The notes beneath the pieces were generated by a model. It worked only from the letters and a program-made list of their open reading frames with translations. It did not search any database and had not been told where the DNA came from. From Nostoc sp. DedSLP01 (lineage in GTDB: Bacteria > Cyanobacteriota > Cyanobacteriia > Cyanobacteriales > Nostocaceae): a stretch of 64,000 nt of DNA. Each line of letters opens with the position of its first letter. Position 1 is the first letter of the stretch. The position numbers were made by a program, and so were the translations under genes. Below, in pieces: positions 29,258 through 38,785 of this stretch. Location of the stretch: positions 241,903 to 305,902 of the forward strand of contig JAVRCJ020000005.1 in NCBI GenBank assembly GCA_034530875.2, read 5' to 3'.

Positions 29258-31450
29258 TTATTCATCATCAAGTTCTGATTCTTCTGCCCATTCAGGTGTA
29301 TTCATAGAACCGGAGAATTCTGTAGCATCTTCTGTAAAGCGAATAACCTGTCCGTTGAAAAATTCTGCTAAACGTTGAGCTGCGATCGCCACTTCATCAG
29401 GTTCCCAATTAGGTGCAGGTGCTTGAGTTGGTGGTGGAGGCACAGTTTTTACCCCATTTCCATTCACTCCATTACCATTCCTGACTGATGGTTCGGTTTT
29501 TATAGGTGGAGTTGCTGCTACTGGTGGTGCAATGACTGGCTGTGGTGCTGGTGTTGGATGCGAAATTTGTCCGTTGGAGATGGGAGTAGTTGGTTGCTGA
29601 AGGCGAGTAGAGTCTTTTGGTGGAGGATTCTTTCTGGCTGAGGTAGAAGTTATAGAGGTTACTTGTTCTAGATTTACCTGAACTTCATACCCAAAAGTCT
29701 TCTGGAAAGCTGCCTTTATCATCGGCAGATCGGATTTCAGTGTTTCATACCATTTAGACCCTTTGACAGCAACACGCGCTACAGTACCGTTAAACTCTAT
29801 TAGCTGGCACATTTGCCCCAGTAAAGCTTGTCTGGATGGCATCGGAAAATTAGCACGTACCTGTTGCCAAACTTGAGTTAAGTCATATTCTGGTGTTTCG
29901 ACAACTTCTGAAGTTGCTGGTTCAATTTCGGCAGACGCTAAAGATTCTGAGGTTGCCGATGAAACTGAGTTACTAGCAGAATTATGATTTGTTTGCCTAT
30001 CATCTGCTGAAGACGATGCGACGGGGTGATTTTGGGCAGCTGTTAAATGATTGCTTGTAGAATTTTGATTTGTTTGTCGTTCATCTGTGGAAAATGACTT
30101 TGCGGCGTGATTTTGAACAGCTGTTAGATGATTGTTTGTAGAATTTTGATTTGTTTGTCGCTCATCTGTGGAAAATGATTTTGCGGGGTGATTTTGAGCA
30201 GCAGCTAGATGATTGTTTGCAGAATTATGATTTGTTTGCGAATTAGCTAAAGGTACGGAAGAAGCTGGATGATTTTGGGCAACTGATAGTGGAGTATAGC
30301 TTGGAGATATAACAGGTGTGTTAACTCGTTGCGGGACATTTGAAACTTGCGGCTGAATATTTGCGCTAGGTAACAATCCTAGTAATGTGACCTCTAGCCA
30401 CAAACGCGGCTGAGTGCTGTTTTTGATTTGCACTTCAGCTGTTCGCAAGCGTTCTTGTCCTGCCAAAATCACGCTGATATGCCAGTTTTGGGCAAATTCC
30501 ACCAGCGCTTTCCAAGTTTGTTGAGTGCAAGCAACCAAATCGTGGCGATTGGGTGCTGTTTTAGCGATCGATAAATCGCGGTAAAAAGCAGCGAGATTTT
30601 GCAGAATAGTCAGCGGTTCTCGACCGCGATCTAAAATACTGTGGGTAAAATCGATAACTGCTTCTGGTTTATCTTGAGCGATCGCATTTAGAAGCCCCAG
30701 TAAGTCTTGTTCGCTTACCGTCCCCACCAAATCCCAAACTTTATCTGGCGTCACTTCACCGGGCAATAAAGCCAATTGGTCAAGCAAACTTTCCGCATCT
30801 CGCAACCCTCCTTGAGCAAGTTGTGCTACCAAAGTGACAGCATCAGGTGAAATATTAATGTTTTCTTTAGAGGCGATCGCACTTAAATGCTTAACCATCG
30901 CCTCTAACTGAATACGTCTAAAATCAAACCGCTGACAACGTGAAATAATCGTCGGTAATACCCGTTGCGGGTCTGTCGTTGCCAATACAAAAACTACGTG
31001 TTTCGGTGGCTCCTCTAGTGTTTTTAGTAACGCGTTAAATGCCTGATTACTGAGCATGTGGCATTCATCAATCACGTAAACTTTGTAGCGACACTGTACA
31101 GGAGCAAACTGAGCTTTTTCAATCAACTCACGGATATTATCGACACCAGTGTTACTAGCAGCGTCGATTTCAATCACGTCTAAGGAATAGCCTTTAGTGA
31201 TTCCCTGGCATACATCACAGACGCCACACGGGTCGGCAGTGGGCTTGTCACTTTTGAGACAATTAAGAGATTTAGCTAGAATTCGGGCGCTAGAAGTTTT
31301 ACCTGTACCTCTAGGCCCAGTGAATAAATAAGCGGGGGCAATTTTGGATGTCCCGATCGCATTTGTCAGAGTGGTGGCGATCGCCTCTTGACCTACCAGT
31401 TGAGCAAAACTCTTGGGGCGATACTTGTGGTGCAGGGGTTCGTAAGACAT
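29258..31450 (-). CDS. dnaX: DNA polymerase III subunit gamma/tau
   Basis: HHKYRP, GPRGTGKTS, Zn-finger Cys residues, EIDAASN, IDECHML and SRCQ motifs. Confidence 0.97.
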   Translation of the reverse strand: MSYEPLHHKYRPKSFAQLVGQEAIATTLTNAIGTSKIAPAYLFTGPRGTGKTSSARILAKSLNCLKSDKPTADPCGVCDVCQGITKGYSLDVIEIDAASNTGVDNIRELIEKAQFAPVQCRYKVYVIDECHMLSNQAFNALLKTLEEPPKHVVFVLATTDPQRVLPTIISRCQRFDFRRIQLEAMVKHLSAIASKENINISPDAVTLVAQLAQGGLRDAESLLDQLALLPGEVTPDKVWDLVGTVSEQDLLGLLNAIAQDKPEAVIDFTHSILDRGREPLTILQNLAAFYRDLSIAKTAPNRHDLVACTQQTWKALVEFAQNWHISVILAGQERLRTAEVQIKNSTQPRLWLEVTLLGLLPSANIQPQVSNVPQRVNTPVISPSYTPLSVAQNHPASSVPLANSQTNHNSANNHLAAAQNHPAKSFSTDERQTNQNSTNNHLTAVQNHAAKSFSTDERQTNQNSTSNHLTAAQNHPVASSSADDRQTNHNSASNSVSSATSESLASAEIEPATSEVVETPEYDLTQVWQQVRANFPMPSRQALLGQMCQLIEFNGTVARVAVKGSKWYETLKSDLPMIKAAFQKTFGYEVQVNLEQVTSITSTSARKNPPPKDSTRLQQPTTPISNGQISHPTPAPQPVIAPPVAATPPIKTEPSVRNGNGVNGNGVKTVPPPPTQAPAPNWEPDEVAIAAQRLAEFFNGQVIRFTEDATEFSGSMNTPEWAEESELDDE
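29977..30282 (-). repeat. 81-nt (27-aa) tandem repeat, about 3.5 copies, in the DnaX linker
   Basis: Units resemble QNH(P/A)AKSFSTDERQTNQNSTNNHLTA. Confidence 0.9.
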
Positions 31451-31880
31451 GGAAATATGGACTTCAATGCCTTTTAACGTTGATTAATAGCACCGAGTCG
31501 AATTTGGGATTCAATTATTTTAATCTCTTGCACCTGCTTTATTTGTCGATGTTGCCATACCGATGGCACTATATTTAGCCTGTAAATTTTAGCACTATGA
31601 TAAGCAAGCCAAGAGAACATATTTTTAACTAAATTTCGCCTTCAATGCACCCGAATTATAGCATACCATTTAGTACATTTGTTCTAAAATAGTCATTAGT
31701 CATTAGTCATTGGTCATTGGTCATTAGTTATTAGTTATTAATTATTCTCCTCTGCTCCCCTGCCCCCTCTGCCCCCTCTGCCTCCCCTGCCCCTCCACCT
31801 CCTCAATCCCGAAGTTTCTTGACGGAAGTGACGCCATAGCGCAATGCGATCGCTACAATCTTAAAGATAAGCAATACTCA

Positions 31881-32579
31881 ATGGTGCAGCAGATGCTCAA
31901 GCGGCTAGTTCAATGGCTCAAAAAGCTTTTTCAGAGCTTATTTGGTGGAAAACAGACTGCCTCCAAAACTAGGGGGAATCTACAAAAACAACCAGCTCCA
32001 CCCCTCAACGATACAGATCTGGAATTTCTCTTCAATGAACTGTTGCAAGGAGTACATCAAGCACGAGGGGAAGCCTGGGCAAGCAAGTGGTTGCATAATA
32101 TCGAACATCGCGTCACAACCGAACGCTGGGTTGAGTGGTTGGGGCGCTTTGGTCAAAAATTGCTAGCATCGCCCACACCTAATAATGAGATGGCTGCGCG
32201 ATTGGTGCAACTGGGTGAGTTACGCCTCGGAGAAATTAGTGATGTTGCCTATAGTATCGGAATGCAGCTATTAACACGCAATCAAGGCGAACCAATTTGG
32301 GAATATCAAGGGCCGGATGCTGTGAGTACTAGTTTGCCATCTCAACCAGCTGCTGCCCCACCCCAAGAAGTATCTGAAGAAGAAAATCTCCCAGAGGGAG
32401 AATATCAAACTGTTACCCTAGAAGAACTGTTTGTCATGTTGCAGCAGGATGGAAACTTACGCCAACAAATTGCCCAGCAGTTGGCTGTTGAGAGTGACGA
32501 CCCACAAGTTCTAGTGCAGGAATTAATTAGTCAGCTATATCCAGGCGCTCAATCAAATACAGAGCAAACAGAAAATTAA
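31881..32579 (+). CDS. Hypothetical protein paralogous to the N-terminal region of the downstream TPR-CHAT protein
   Basis: Shared blocks L.D.DLE.LF..LL.GVHQ.RG..WA and LLASPTPN...A...VQLGEL..G.I.DVAY.IG..L. Confidence 0.85.
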   Translation: MVQQMLKRLVQWLKKLFQSLFGGKQTASKTRGNLQKQPAPPLNDTDLEFLFNELLQGVHQARGEAWASKWLHNIEHRVTTERWVEWLGRFGQKLLASPTPNNEMAARLVQLGELRLGEISDVAYSIGMQLLTRNQGEPIWEYQGPDAVSTSLPSQPAAAPPQEVSEEENLPEGEYQTVTLEELFVMLQQDGNLRQQIAQQLAVESDDPQVLVQELISQLYPGAQSNTEQTEN

Positions 32580-32839
32580 TTGCTTAGTCAGCACAACCCA
32601 TTATATTGACTAAATCCTTGCAGTTGTATTCCTTAAAAAAACTAGCAAGTTAGTATCTAGCTTGGAAAACTCCGGAGTTGAGTTTGAAAATTGTAATGTT
32701 GTAATGCTGTAATCTTGTACTTTTATGTATTTTTTGCTAGCCTGCCACAGAAGCACTGTACGGATATAATGGGTTTTTACGTAATTCATGACTTTTTTAA
32801 CACAACGATGGCTACAATCTAGAAAAACAAAATCCAAGA

Positions 32840-35800
32840 GTGTGGCAGATGCTCAGGCGGATATCCCAGTCGCTTAAAAGGTTTTTAAGGCGTCTAATAA
32901 AAACTAAGCAGACTCGTTCTCTCAAGGGTAGAAGAGGACACAATTTGGTAGAGGTACTACCAGAACTAACTGATGCGGATCTGGAACGATTGTTTATCCA
33001 ATTGCTGGAAGGCGTGCATCAAAACCGAGGACGCGAGTGGGCATTAAGGCATCTGCAACGAATCGAAAATCGCATTCCGGGCGATCGCTGGCTAGCTTGG
33101 TTGGTGACATTTGGGGAAGGCTTACTAGCTTCACCCACACCGAATCAACAGTTAGCAATACAGATGGTGCAACTCGGAGAACTTGGTATCGGCAGAATTG
33201 GAGATGTTGCCTATGAGATTGGCATACGGTTGATGCAAAACTTACCTACAGAGATACAGACAGAGATATATGAGGACGATGGTGCGGAAAATCTTGTTGA
33301 CTTGACTCCTGGGCAAGAACTAATCCGCGAATTAGGCGAACAGTTATGGGAGTATGATGAGCCTGATGTACCAGAAACTACTCCTGGAGAAGAACTGATT
33401 CGCGATCTAGGCGAACAGTTATGGGAGTACGATGAAACTGATGTCCTAGAAAGTACGTCGAATGAAGAAATCCTACTAACTTCGCCTGAGCAAGAGCTAA
33501 TTGTGGATTTAGGCGAACAGTTATGGGAGTATGATGAGCCTGATACCCAAACAATAACGCCAGCTCCTGAAACTGCCTCTGCTGAAGCAATATCGACCCA
33601 AGAATCAGAGGAATCGATTTTTGAGTCTCGAGAAGAACAAACCCAAAGCACAATACCTGAAAATCTCCCTCTCCCTCCAGCAAAAGATTCAATCACCAAA
33701 TTGACTCAGCTGAGGTGGGACGAAGAAGAAGAAGAAGAAGAAGAAAATACTAAAACTCAAACAGCCGCAAATCTCCTTTCCACTAGGCAAAAGAGTGAAT
33801 TAGCAACAACTGACTCAGAACAAAGCTGGGATAGCGCTTTAGCTAACTTAGAGCCAAATGTAGCTGATACTTTAGATCGACTGTGGGTGAGTTTGGATCA
33901 AAGTAGCAACTTAGTCCAACAACTTGCTTCTAACTTGGCAGTTCAAAGCAGCAATTCTTCAAGTATTATCGAGCGATATGGCGACGATCCTGTTAATCAG
34001 GCTCAAGCTTGGTTTTACCAAGGTCTAAGCCAAGCGAAAACAGGTGATTTGTTGGGCGCGATCGCATCTTACGACCAAGCCATTGAACTGCAACCTGAAT
34101 TTTGGGAATATTGGTTTAATCGCGGCTTGACGCTGTTTCATTTAGAACGTTTTGATGAAGCGATCGCTGCTTACGAAACAGCTATCGAACTCAAACCCGA
34201 CTTCTACAAAGCTTGGTACTACCGCGGTGGCACTTTGGGAGAATTAGGATACTTTGAAGAAGCGATCGCTTCTTTTGATAAAGCGATTGAAATTAAGCCA
34301 GACTACCAAGAAGCTTGGTCTAGCCGCGGTTTAGCGCTGCTGAAGTTAGGCTGGCTGCGGGAAGCAATTTCTAGTTACGACCAAGCCCTTGATTTGCAAC
34401 CACAAGACCCAGAAAATTGGTATCACCGAGGCATTGCACTAGCCGTAGACGAACAATTTCAAGAGGCGATTGTATCTTACGACAAAGCGCTAGAAATTGA
34501 CCCAGATTACCATGAGGTGTGGATTGACCGGGGTGTAGTGTTATTTAATTTAGGACGGTGGTCAGAAGCCATCGATTCTTGGGACAAAGCGCTTTCAGTT
34601 CAAGCCGACTTTTACTTAGCTTGGTACAACCGGGGCGTAGCATTGGATAATTTGGGACGCCGCCAAGAAGCCATCGCTTCCTATCAGCGAGCGATCGCCA
34701 TCAAACCCGACTTCCACTTAGCTTGGTACAATCAGGCAGTAGCATTGTTTTATTTAGAACAGCTTGGCGAAGCGATCGCTTGTTATGACAACGCTTTGCA
34801 AATTAAACAAGATTACTGGGAAGCTTGGATTGGTAGAGGAACAGCCATTGGCAATTTAGCGGATGCTGATATATTGCTGAATTTGACGAGTAGTCTGACA
34901 GCAAACAATCCCGCCTTGCAACAGATAGGCTATGAGGGTAAATTAGCCACCTACGAGGAAGGGCTAAAACATTTGCGTACAGATACCCACCCAGAAGGTT
35001 GGGGTAGATTGCATTTGGCGATGGCTAACACTCACTACGAACAAGGTAGGAAACAGCCTAATCCCCGTGATTATTGGCGTAAAGCTGCATCAGAATACCA
35101 TCAAGCACTCTTAACCCTCACATTAGAATATTTTCCCCTGTTGCATTTAGAAGTTTTGCAATCCCTCAGTAAAGTCCTGATGGGTTTGGGACAAACAACA
35201 CAACTTCCAGAATTACTCCAACGAGGCAGAGATTTATTACAACAATTATTAAGTGAAGAAACTCGTTCTGAAGAAAGCAAAAAACAATTAGCTTTAAAAT
35301 TTATAGGCTTTGAGCAATTAGCAGTTGATTTGGCTGTAGATTCTGGTGATGTGGTAGAAGCCTGGGAAATTGCCGAACAAGGCAAAAATGCTTGTTTAAA
35401 TTGGCAGCTTTTTGGCTGGCATAATAATATTTATTCACCCCCGTATAGCGCAATTCAAGAACTATTTAATCCCACAACAGCAATTATTTACTGGCATATT
35501 AGTCCAGTTGCACTACAAACCTTCATTCTCAAAGACCAAGCACCATCACCGATTCTACTTTTTACACCCATCCAAGATGTCGGAACAATAAGTTTAGCAG
35601 AGGAGACTATCCGTCTCAATGAATTACCCTTACCTGAAGCAGTACGACGCCTAATTGAATTTGAAAATTGGCTAGAAGATTGGCATCAACAATACCAAGA
35701 ATATCGCGCCACAGCCCAAGATAAAGAAAGCAAAAGTCAGCATTCTTGGCGAGTGGATATGGAAGACAAGTTATTACAACTGTATGAAATATTGAATATT

Positions 35801-36727
35801 TCTACAATTGTTCAAGAACTTGAAGGTATCACCCAACTAATTTTAATTCCTCATCGCGATCTATATAGATTGCCTATTCATACGCTTTTCTATCTTTACT
35901 CCCCATCCCAGGAAGATTTACCAAATATTGAGTCAAATTTTATCATTAGTTATTTGCCTAGCGCCCAAATCGGTTTGTCAATAAAAAATCAAGATGTTTT
36001 TCCGTGGCAAAATCAATTATTGCTCAGTGTTGAACATCCTGAAAGTACAGGTTATCCGGGGCTGAAGTTTGCCAAACTAGAATCGGAACTGATCGGCAAG
36101 ATGTTTGATAATATCCAGCGAATTCAGGGAGCGCAAGCTACAAAAGATATTGTAAAAAATGCCTTATTTGATAATTACAATATTTTTCATTTTACCGGTT
36201 ATGTAACTAATTATTTAAACGATCCAAAAAAATCAGAATTGGCATTAGCAGGTGAAGACAAGTTAACTTTAGAAGAAATTTGCCAACAAAGTCTAGCAAA
36301 TTACAACCTTGTGACTCTATCTGCCTGTGAAAATGTTAGTACCAGTACATACATGACTAGCAGCGAATATCTAAGTTTAGTTAATGGTTTGCTGAATCAG
36401 GGCGTTCCTCATGTAGTCAGTACTCTCTGGACTGTAGAATCTTCCGCTAGTGCCTTGGCGATCGTAGAATTTTACCGAAGATTACAGCCCGATAAATCAG
36501 CAGTTACAGCCTTAGCTGAAGCAACGCTATGGCTCAAAGAACTAACTGCCGGAGAACTGACAAAATGGTATGAGGATGTACTCAACAATTTGCATCCTGA
36601 GGAAGTCAGAATTAGAGCTTATTTAGCAACGCAATTATATAGAAATAGCAAAATGAATTCAGATAAAAAGCTTTATAACCATCCCTATTATTGGGCAGCA
36701 TTTACGATTACAGGGAAGTTAAATTAA
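32840..36727 (+). CDS. TPR repeat plus CHAT (caspase/HetF-associated) domain protein
   Basis: About 9 TPRs (AWYNRG...EAIASY..A), then CHAT motifs LILIPH..L..LPIH, FHFTGY, VTLSACE, VVSTLWTV and HPYYWAAF. GTG start. Confidence 0.9.
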   Translation: MWQMLRRISQSLKRFLRRLIKTKQTRSLKGRRGHNLVEVLPELTDADLERLFIQLLEGVHQNRGREWALRHLQRIENRIPGDRWLAWLVTFGEGLLASPTPNQQLAIQMVQLGELGIGRIGDVAYEIGIRLMQNLPTEIQTEIYEDDGAENLVDLTPGQELIRELGEQLWEYDEPDVPETTPGEELIRDLGEQLWEYDETDVLESTSNEEILLTSPEQELIVDLGEQLWEYDEPDTQTITPAPETASAEAISTQESEESIFESREEQTQSTIPENLPLPPAKDSITKLTQLRWDEEEEEEEENTKTQTAANLLSTRQKSELATTDSEQSWDSALANLEPNVADTLDRLWVSLDQSSNLVQQLASNLAVQSSNSSSIIERYGDDPVNQAQAWFYQGLSQAKTGDLLGAIASYDQAIELQPEFWEYWFNRGLTLFHLERFDEAIAAYETAIELKPDFYKAWYYRGGTLGELGYFEEAIASFDKAIEIKPDYQEAWSSRGLALLKLGWLREAISSYDQALDLQPQDPENWYHRGIALAVDEQFQEAIVSYDKALEIDPDYHEVWIDRGVVLFNLGRWSEAIDSWDKALSVQADFYLAWYNRGVALDNLGRRQEAIASYQRAIAIKPDFHLAWYNQAVALFYLEQLGEAIACYDNALQIKQDYWEAWIGRGTAIGNLADADILLNLTSSLTANNPALQQIGYEGKLATYEEGLKHLRTDTHPEGWGRLHLAMANTHYEQGRKQPNPRDYWRKAASEYHQALLTLTLEYFPLLHLEVLQSLSKVLMGLGQTTQLPELLQRGRDLLQQLLSEETRSEESKKQLALKFIGFEQLAVDLAVDSGDVVEAWEIAEQGKNACLNWQLFGWHNNIYSPPYSAIQELFNPTTAIIYWHISPVALQTFILKDQAPSPILLFTPIQDVGTISLAEETIRLNELPLPEAVRRLIEFENWLEDWHQQYQEYRATAQDKESKSQHSWRVDMEDKLLQLYEILNISTIVQELEGITQLILIPHRDLYRLPIHTLFYLYSPSQEDLPNIESNFIISYLPSAQIGLSIKNQDVFPWQNQLLLSVEHPESTGYPGLKFAKLESELIGKMFDNIQRIQGAQATKDIVKNALFDNYNIFHFTGYVTNYLNDPKKSELALAGEDKLTLEEICQQSLANYNLVTLSACENVSTSTYMTSSEYLSLVNGLLNQGVPHVVSTLWTVESSASALAIVEFYRRLQPDKSAVTALAEATLWLKELTAGELTKWYEDVLNNLHPEEVRIRAYLATQLYRNSKMNSDKKLYNHPYYWAAFTITGKLN
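33305..33545 (+). repeat. Three copies of an in-frame ~21-aa acidic motif (PGxELIxxLGEQLWEYDEPD)
   Basis: TAGGCGAACAGTTATGGGAGTA occurs 3 times. A (GAA)8 poly-Glu run also lies at 33722-33745. Confidence 0.9.
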
Positions 36728-36866
36728 AAGTGACTGGGGATTAGGGAGATGGGGAAGTGTGGGTAAATGAGGAGATGGGGAAGTGTGGGGAGTGTGGGGG
36801 GAGAGGGGGGAAAGATTTCTTCCCCATCTTCCCACACCTCCCACACCTCCTACACCTCCTAATACC

Positions 36867-37015
36867 CTGACTTTTCACGTTATGTGGACTCATGAGCGAG
36901 GGTGTGGGGTGTGGGGTTGCAGGTTCGTAAGACTTTCCTCTTTTCCCTACACCCTACACCCTACCCCCTACCCCCTGTCTTGACAAAGGTTTTAGGACTT
37001 GCCGTGAAAAGTCAG
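36867..37015. mobile_element. 149-bp MITE with perfect 13-bp TIRs and a 9-bp TSD
   Basis: CTGACTTTTCACG (36867-79) / CGTGAAAAGTCAG (37003-15), with CCTAATACC at 36858-66 and 37016-24. Confidence 0.85.
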
Positions 37016-37030
37016 CCTAATACCCAGTCC

Positions 37031-38602
37031 CTAAATTGAATGCGCTCCTGGCTGTCCGTTTTCGACCACAAAGGAAGCTAGGGTTTTTACGGTGGCCTTT
37101 AAATCAACGATGCTGGAGACAACCCGGTAGTCACTTTGCCAACGGTGTGGAGTAAGTTTGCAGCGGACGTATCCTCGGAAAGCACCATCAAAGAACTTAG
37201 TGTGGGGATTATTACTGAGTGCGGCTTGCACTGGAGCGATAAATGCGGCGGGAAAGTCAGAAGTAATGGAGGTTCCGACAAACTCAGTGCCTACCGTTGG
37301 TGATTTTGGGTTATTAAAATCCAGCTTCAGGTCGTGTACCCAACTAGAATGGATGTCTCCGCTAATTACTACTGGATTGGAGGGTCGGCGCTGGTTAAGA
37401 AAATTCAAAAGACGATCGCGTGCAGCTACGTAGCCATCCCACTGATCGACATTGAACACACCGACACCGGGATTACTATTAAAATTGTACTGGGCTAGCA
37501 TGGTCTGTTGAGCGATCGCATTCCAACGCGATCGCGATCGGTCTAACCCTTTTAGTAGCCACTTCTCTTGTTGCGATCCCGTCATCGTCGCATTGGTATC
37601 AAAAGCTTCAGGACAACGAGGCTTGAGTCCATCGTTGCAAGGTTGGTCGGTGCGGTATTGCCTGGTATCTAGTACATTAAACTCGACTAAATTACCAAAA
37701 GCGAACCGCCGATAAAGTAGTAAATTTGCGTCATTAGGCAGAGAAGACTTACGTAAGGGCATGTGTTCGTAGTAAGCCTGGTAAGCATTGGCTCGTCTTT
37801 TCTTAAAAGCTTCTTGGGTTTGGGCGTCTTCAGGAATTAAATTCGCGTAGTTGTTATCAACTTCATGGTCGTCCCAAGTGACAACCCAAGGAAAAGCAGC
37901 ATGAGCAGCTTGGAGATTCTGGTCGGTTTTGTACAAAGCGTGGCGATTGCGATAGTCAGCAAGAGTGATGATTTCCGGACTATTATGCTGGCGTGGCCCT
38001 CCAAGTTGCGGCCCGTATTCGTAGATATAGTCACCGAGATGAATCACCAGGTCGAGGTTTTCCTCAGCCAAATGCCGATAAGCCGTATAGTAGCCATTTT
38101 GCCAGTCTTGGCAAGAAGCAAAAGCAAAGTTTAGCTGTGAGATATAGCCATAAAAAGCTGGTGCCGTGCGAGTCCGCCCAATGGGACTAACTTCTCTACC
38201 CACTTGAAATTGATACCAGTACCAACGGTCAGGGTCTAGTCCACGCACATCAACATGGACTGAGTGTGCTAACTCTGGTGTAGCTAGTACCGTTCCTCGG
38301 CACACCACCTTTCTCATGTTTTCATCAAGGGCGACTTGCCACCGCACTGGAACATTTACAAAAGGCATTCCACCTCCGTTAAGAGGATTGGGAGCCAGCC
38401 TTGTCCAGATAACAACCCCATCCGGTAAAGGATCGCCAGAAGCCACACCAAGACTAAACGGATACCCAGAAAACCTGGGATTAGCGAATACTGGATGCCA
38501 TTGACTAGCTACTGTTAACCCCGTTAAGAATCCTGCACCCAGCAAGAAATTTCGCCGTCCGCATCGATTTGCTAACAGGCGGTTGCAATCCATAAGTTCC
38601 AT
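37031..38602 (-). CDS. phoD: Alkaline phosphatase D, Tat-exported
   Basis: RRNFL Tat signal, FSLGVASGDP, HLGDYIYE, TWDDHEV, LDTRQYR, DQWDGY and SGDIH motifs. Confidence 0.95.
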   Translation of the reverse strand: MELMDCNRLLANRCGRRNFLLGAGFLTGLTVASQWHPVFANPRFSGYPFSLGVASGDPLPDGVVIWTRLAPNPLNGGGMPFVNVPVRWQVALDENMRKVVCRGTVLATPELAHSVHVDVRGLDPDRWYWYQFQVGREVSPIGRTRTAPAFYGYISQLNFAFASCQDWQNGYYTAYRHLAEENLDLVIHLGDYIYEYGPQLGGPRQHNSPEIITLADYRNRHALYKTDQNLQAAHAAFPWVVTWDDHEVDNNYANLIPEDAQTQEAFKKRRANAYQAYYEHMPLRKSSLPNDANLLLYRRFAFGNLVEFNVLDTRQYRTDQPCNDGLKPRCPEAFDTNATMTGSQQEKWLLKGLDRSRSRWNAIAQQTMLAQYNFNSNPGVGVFNVDQWDGYVAARDRLLNFLNQRRPSNPVVISGDIHSSWVHDLKLDFNNPKSPTVGTEFVGTSITSDFPAAFIAPVQAALSNNPHTKFFDGAFRGYVRCKLTPHRWQSDYRVVSSIVDLKATVKTLASFVVENGQPGAHSI

Positions 38603-38733
38603 ATTCACCTTGACCCAGATCTAGAAACAGTTGGCAAACTTGGGGAGTTCAGCTGCTAAAAGTTCAAACAATAACTTGATTAAACTTCTCTCCCGCTTGC
38701 TGCTTAACCAAACACAAGAAAGGTATCAACTCA

Positions 38734-38763
38734 GGATCAAGTAGAAATTAAGATTGGTTTAAA
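38734..38763 (-). promoter_or_regulatory. Putative Pho box (SphR site) upstream of phoD
   Basis: The minus strand reads TTTAAACC-aat-CTTAATTT-cta-CTTGATCC: three 8-mers with 3-nt spacers resembling the cyanobacterial CTTAACCT repeat. Confidence 0.6.
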
Positions 38764-38785
38764 ATTTTATTGGACATTCCCCAGT

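Noticed and set aside
33305..33545. Spaced ~22-nt repeats as a CRISPR or DGR-like array
   Set aside because: They are codon-aligned protein repeats with synonymous variation; there is no reverse transcriptase or adenine-specific pattern.
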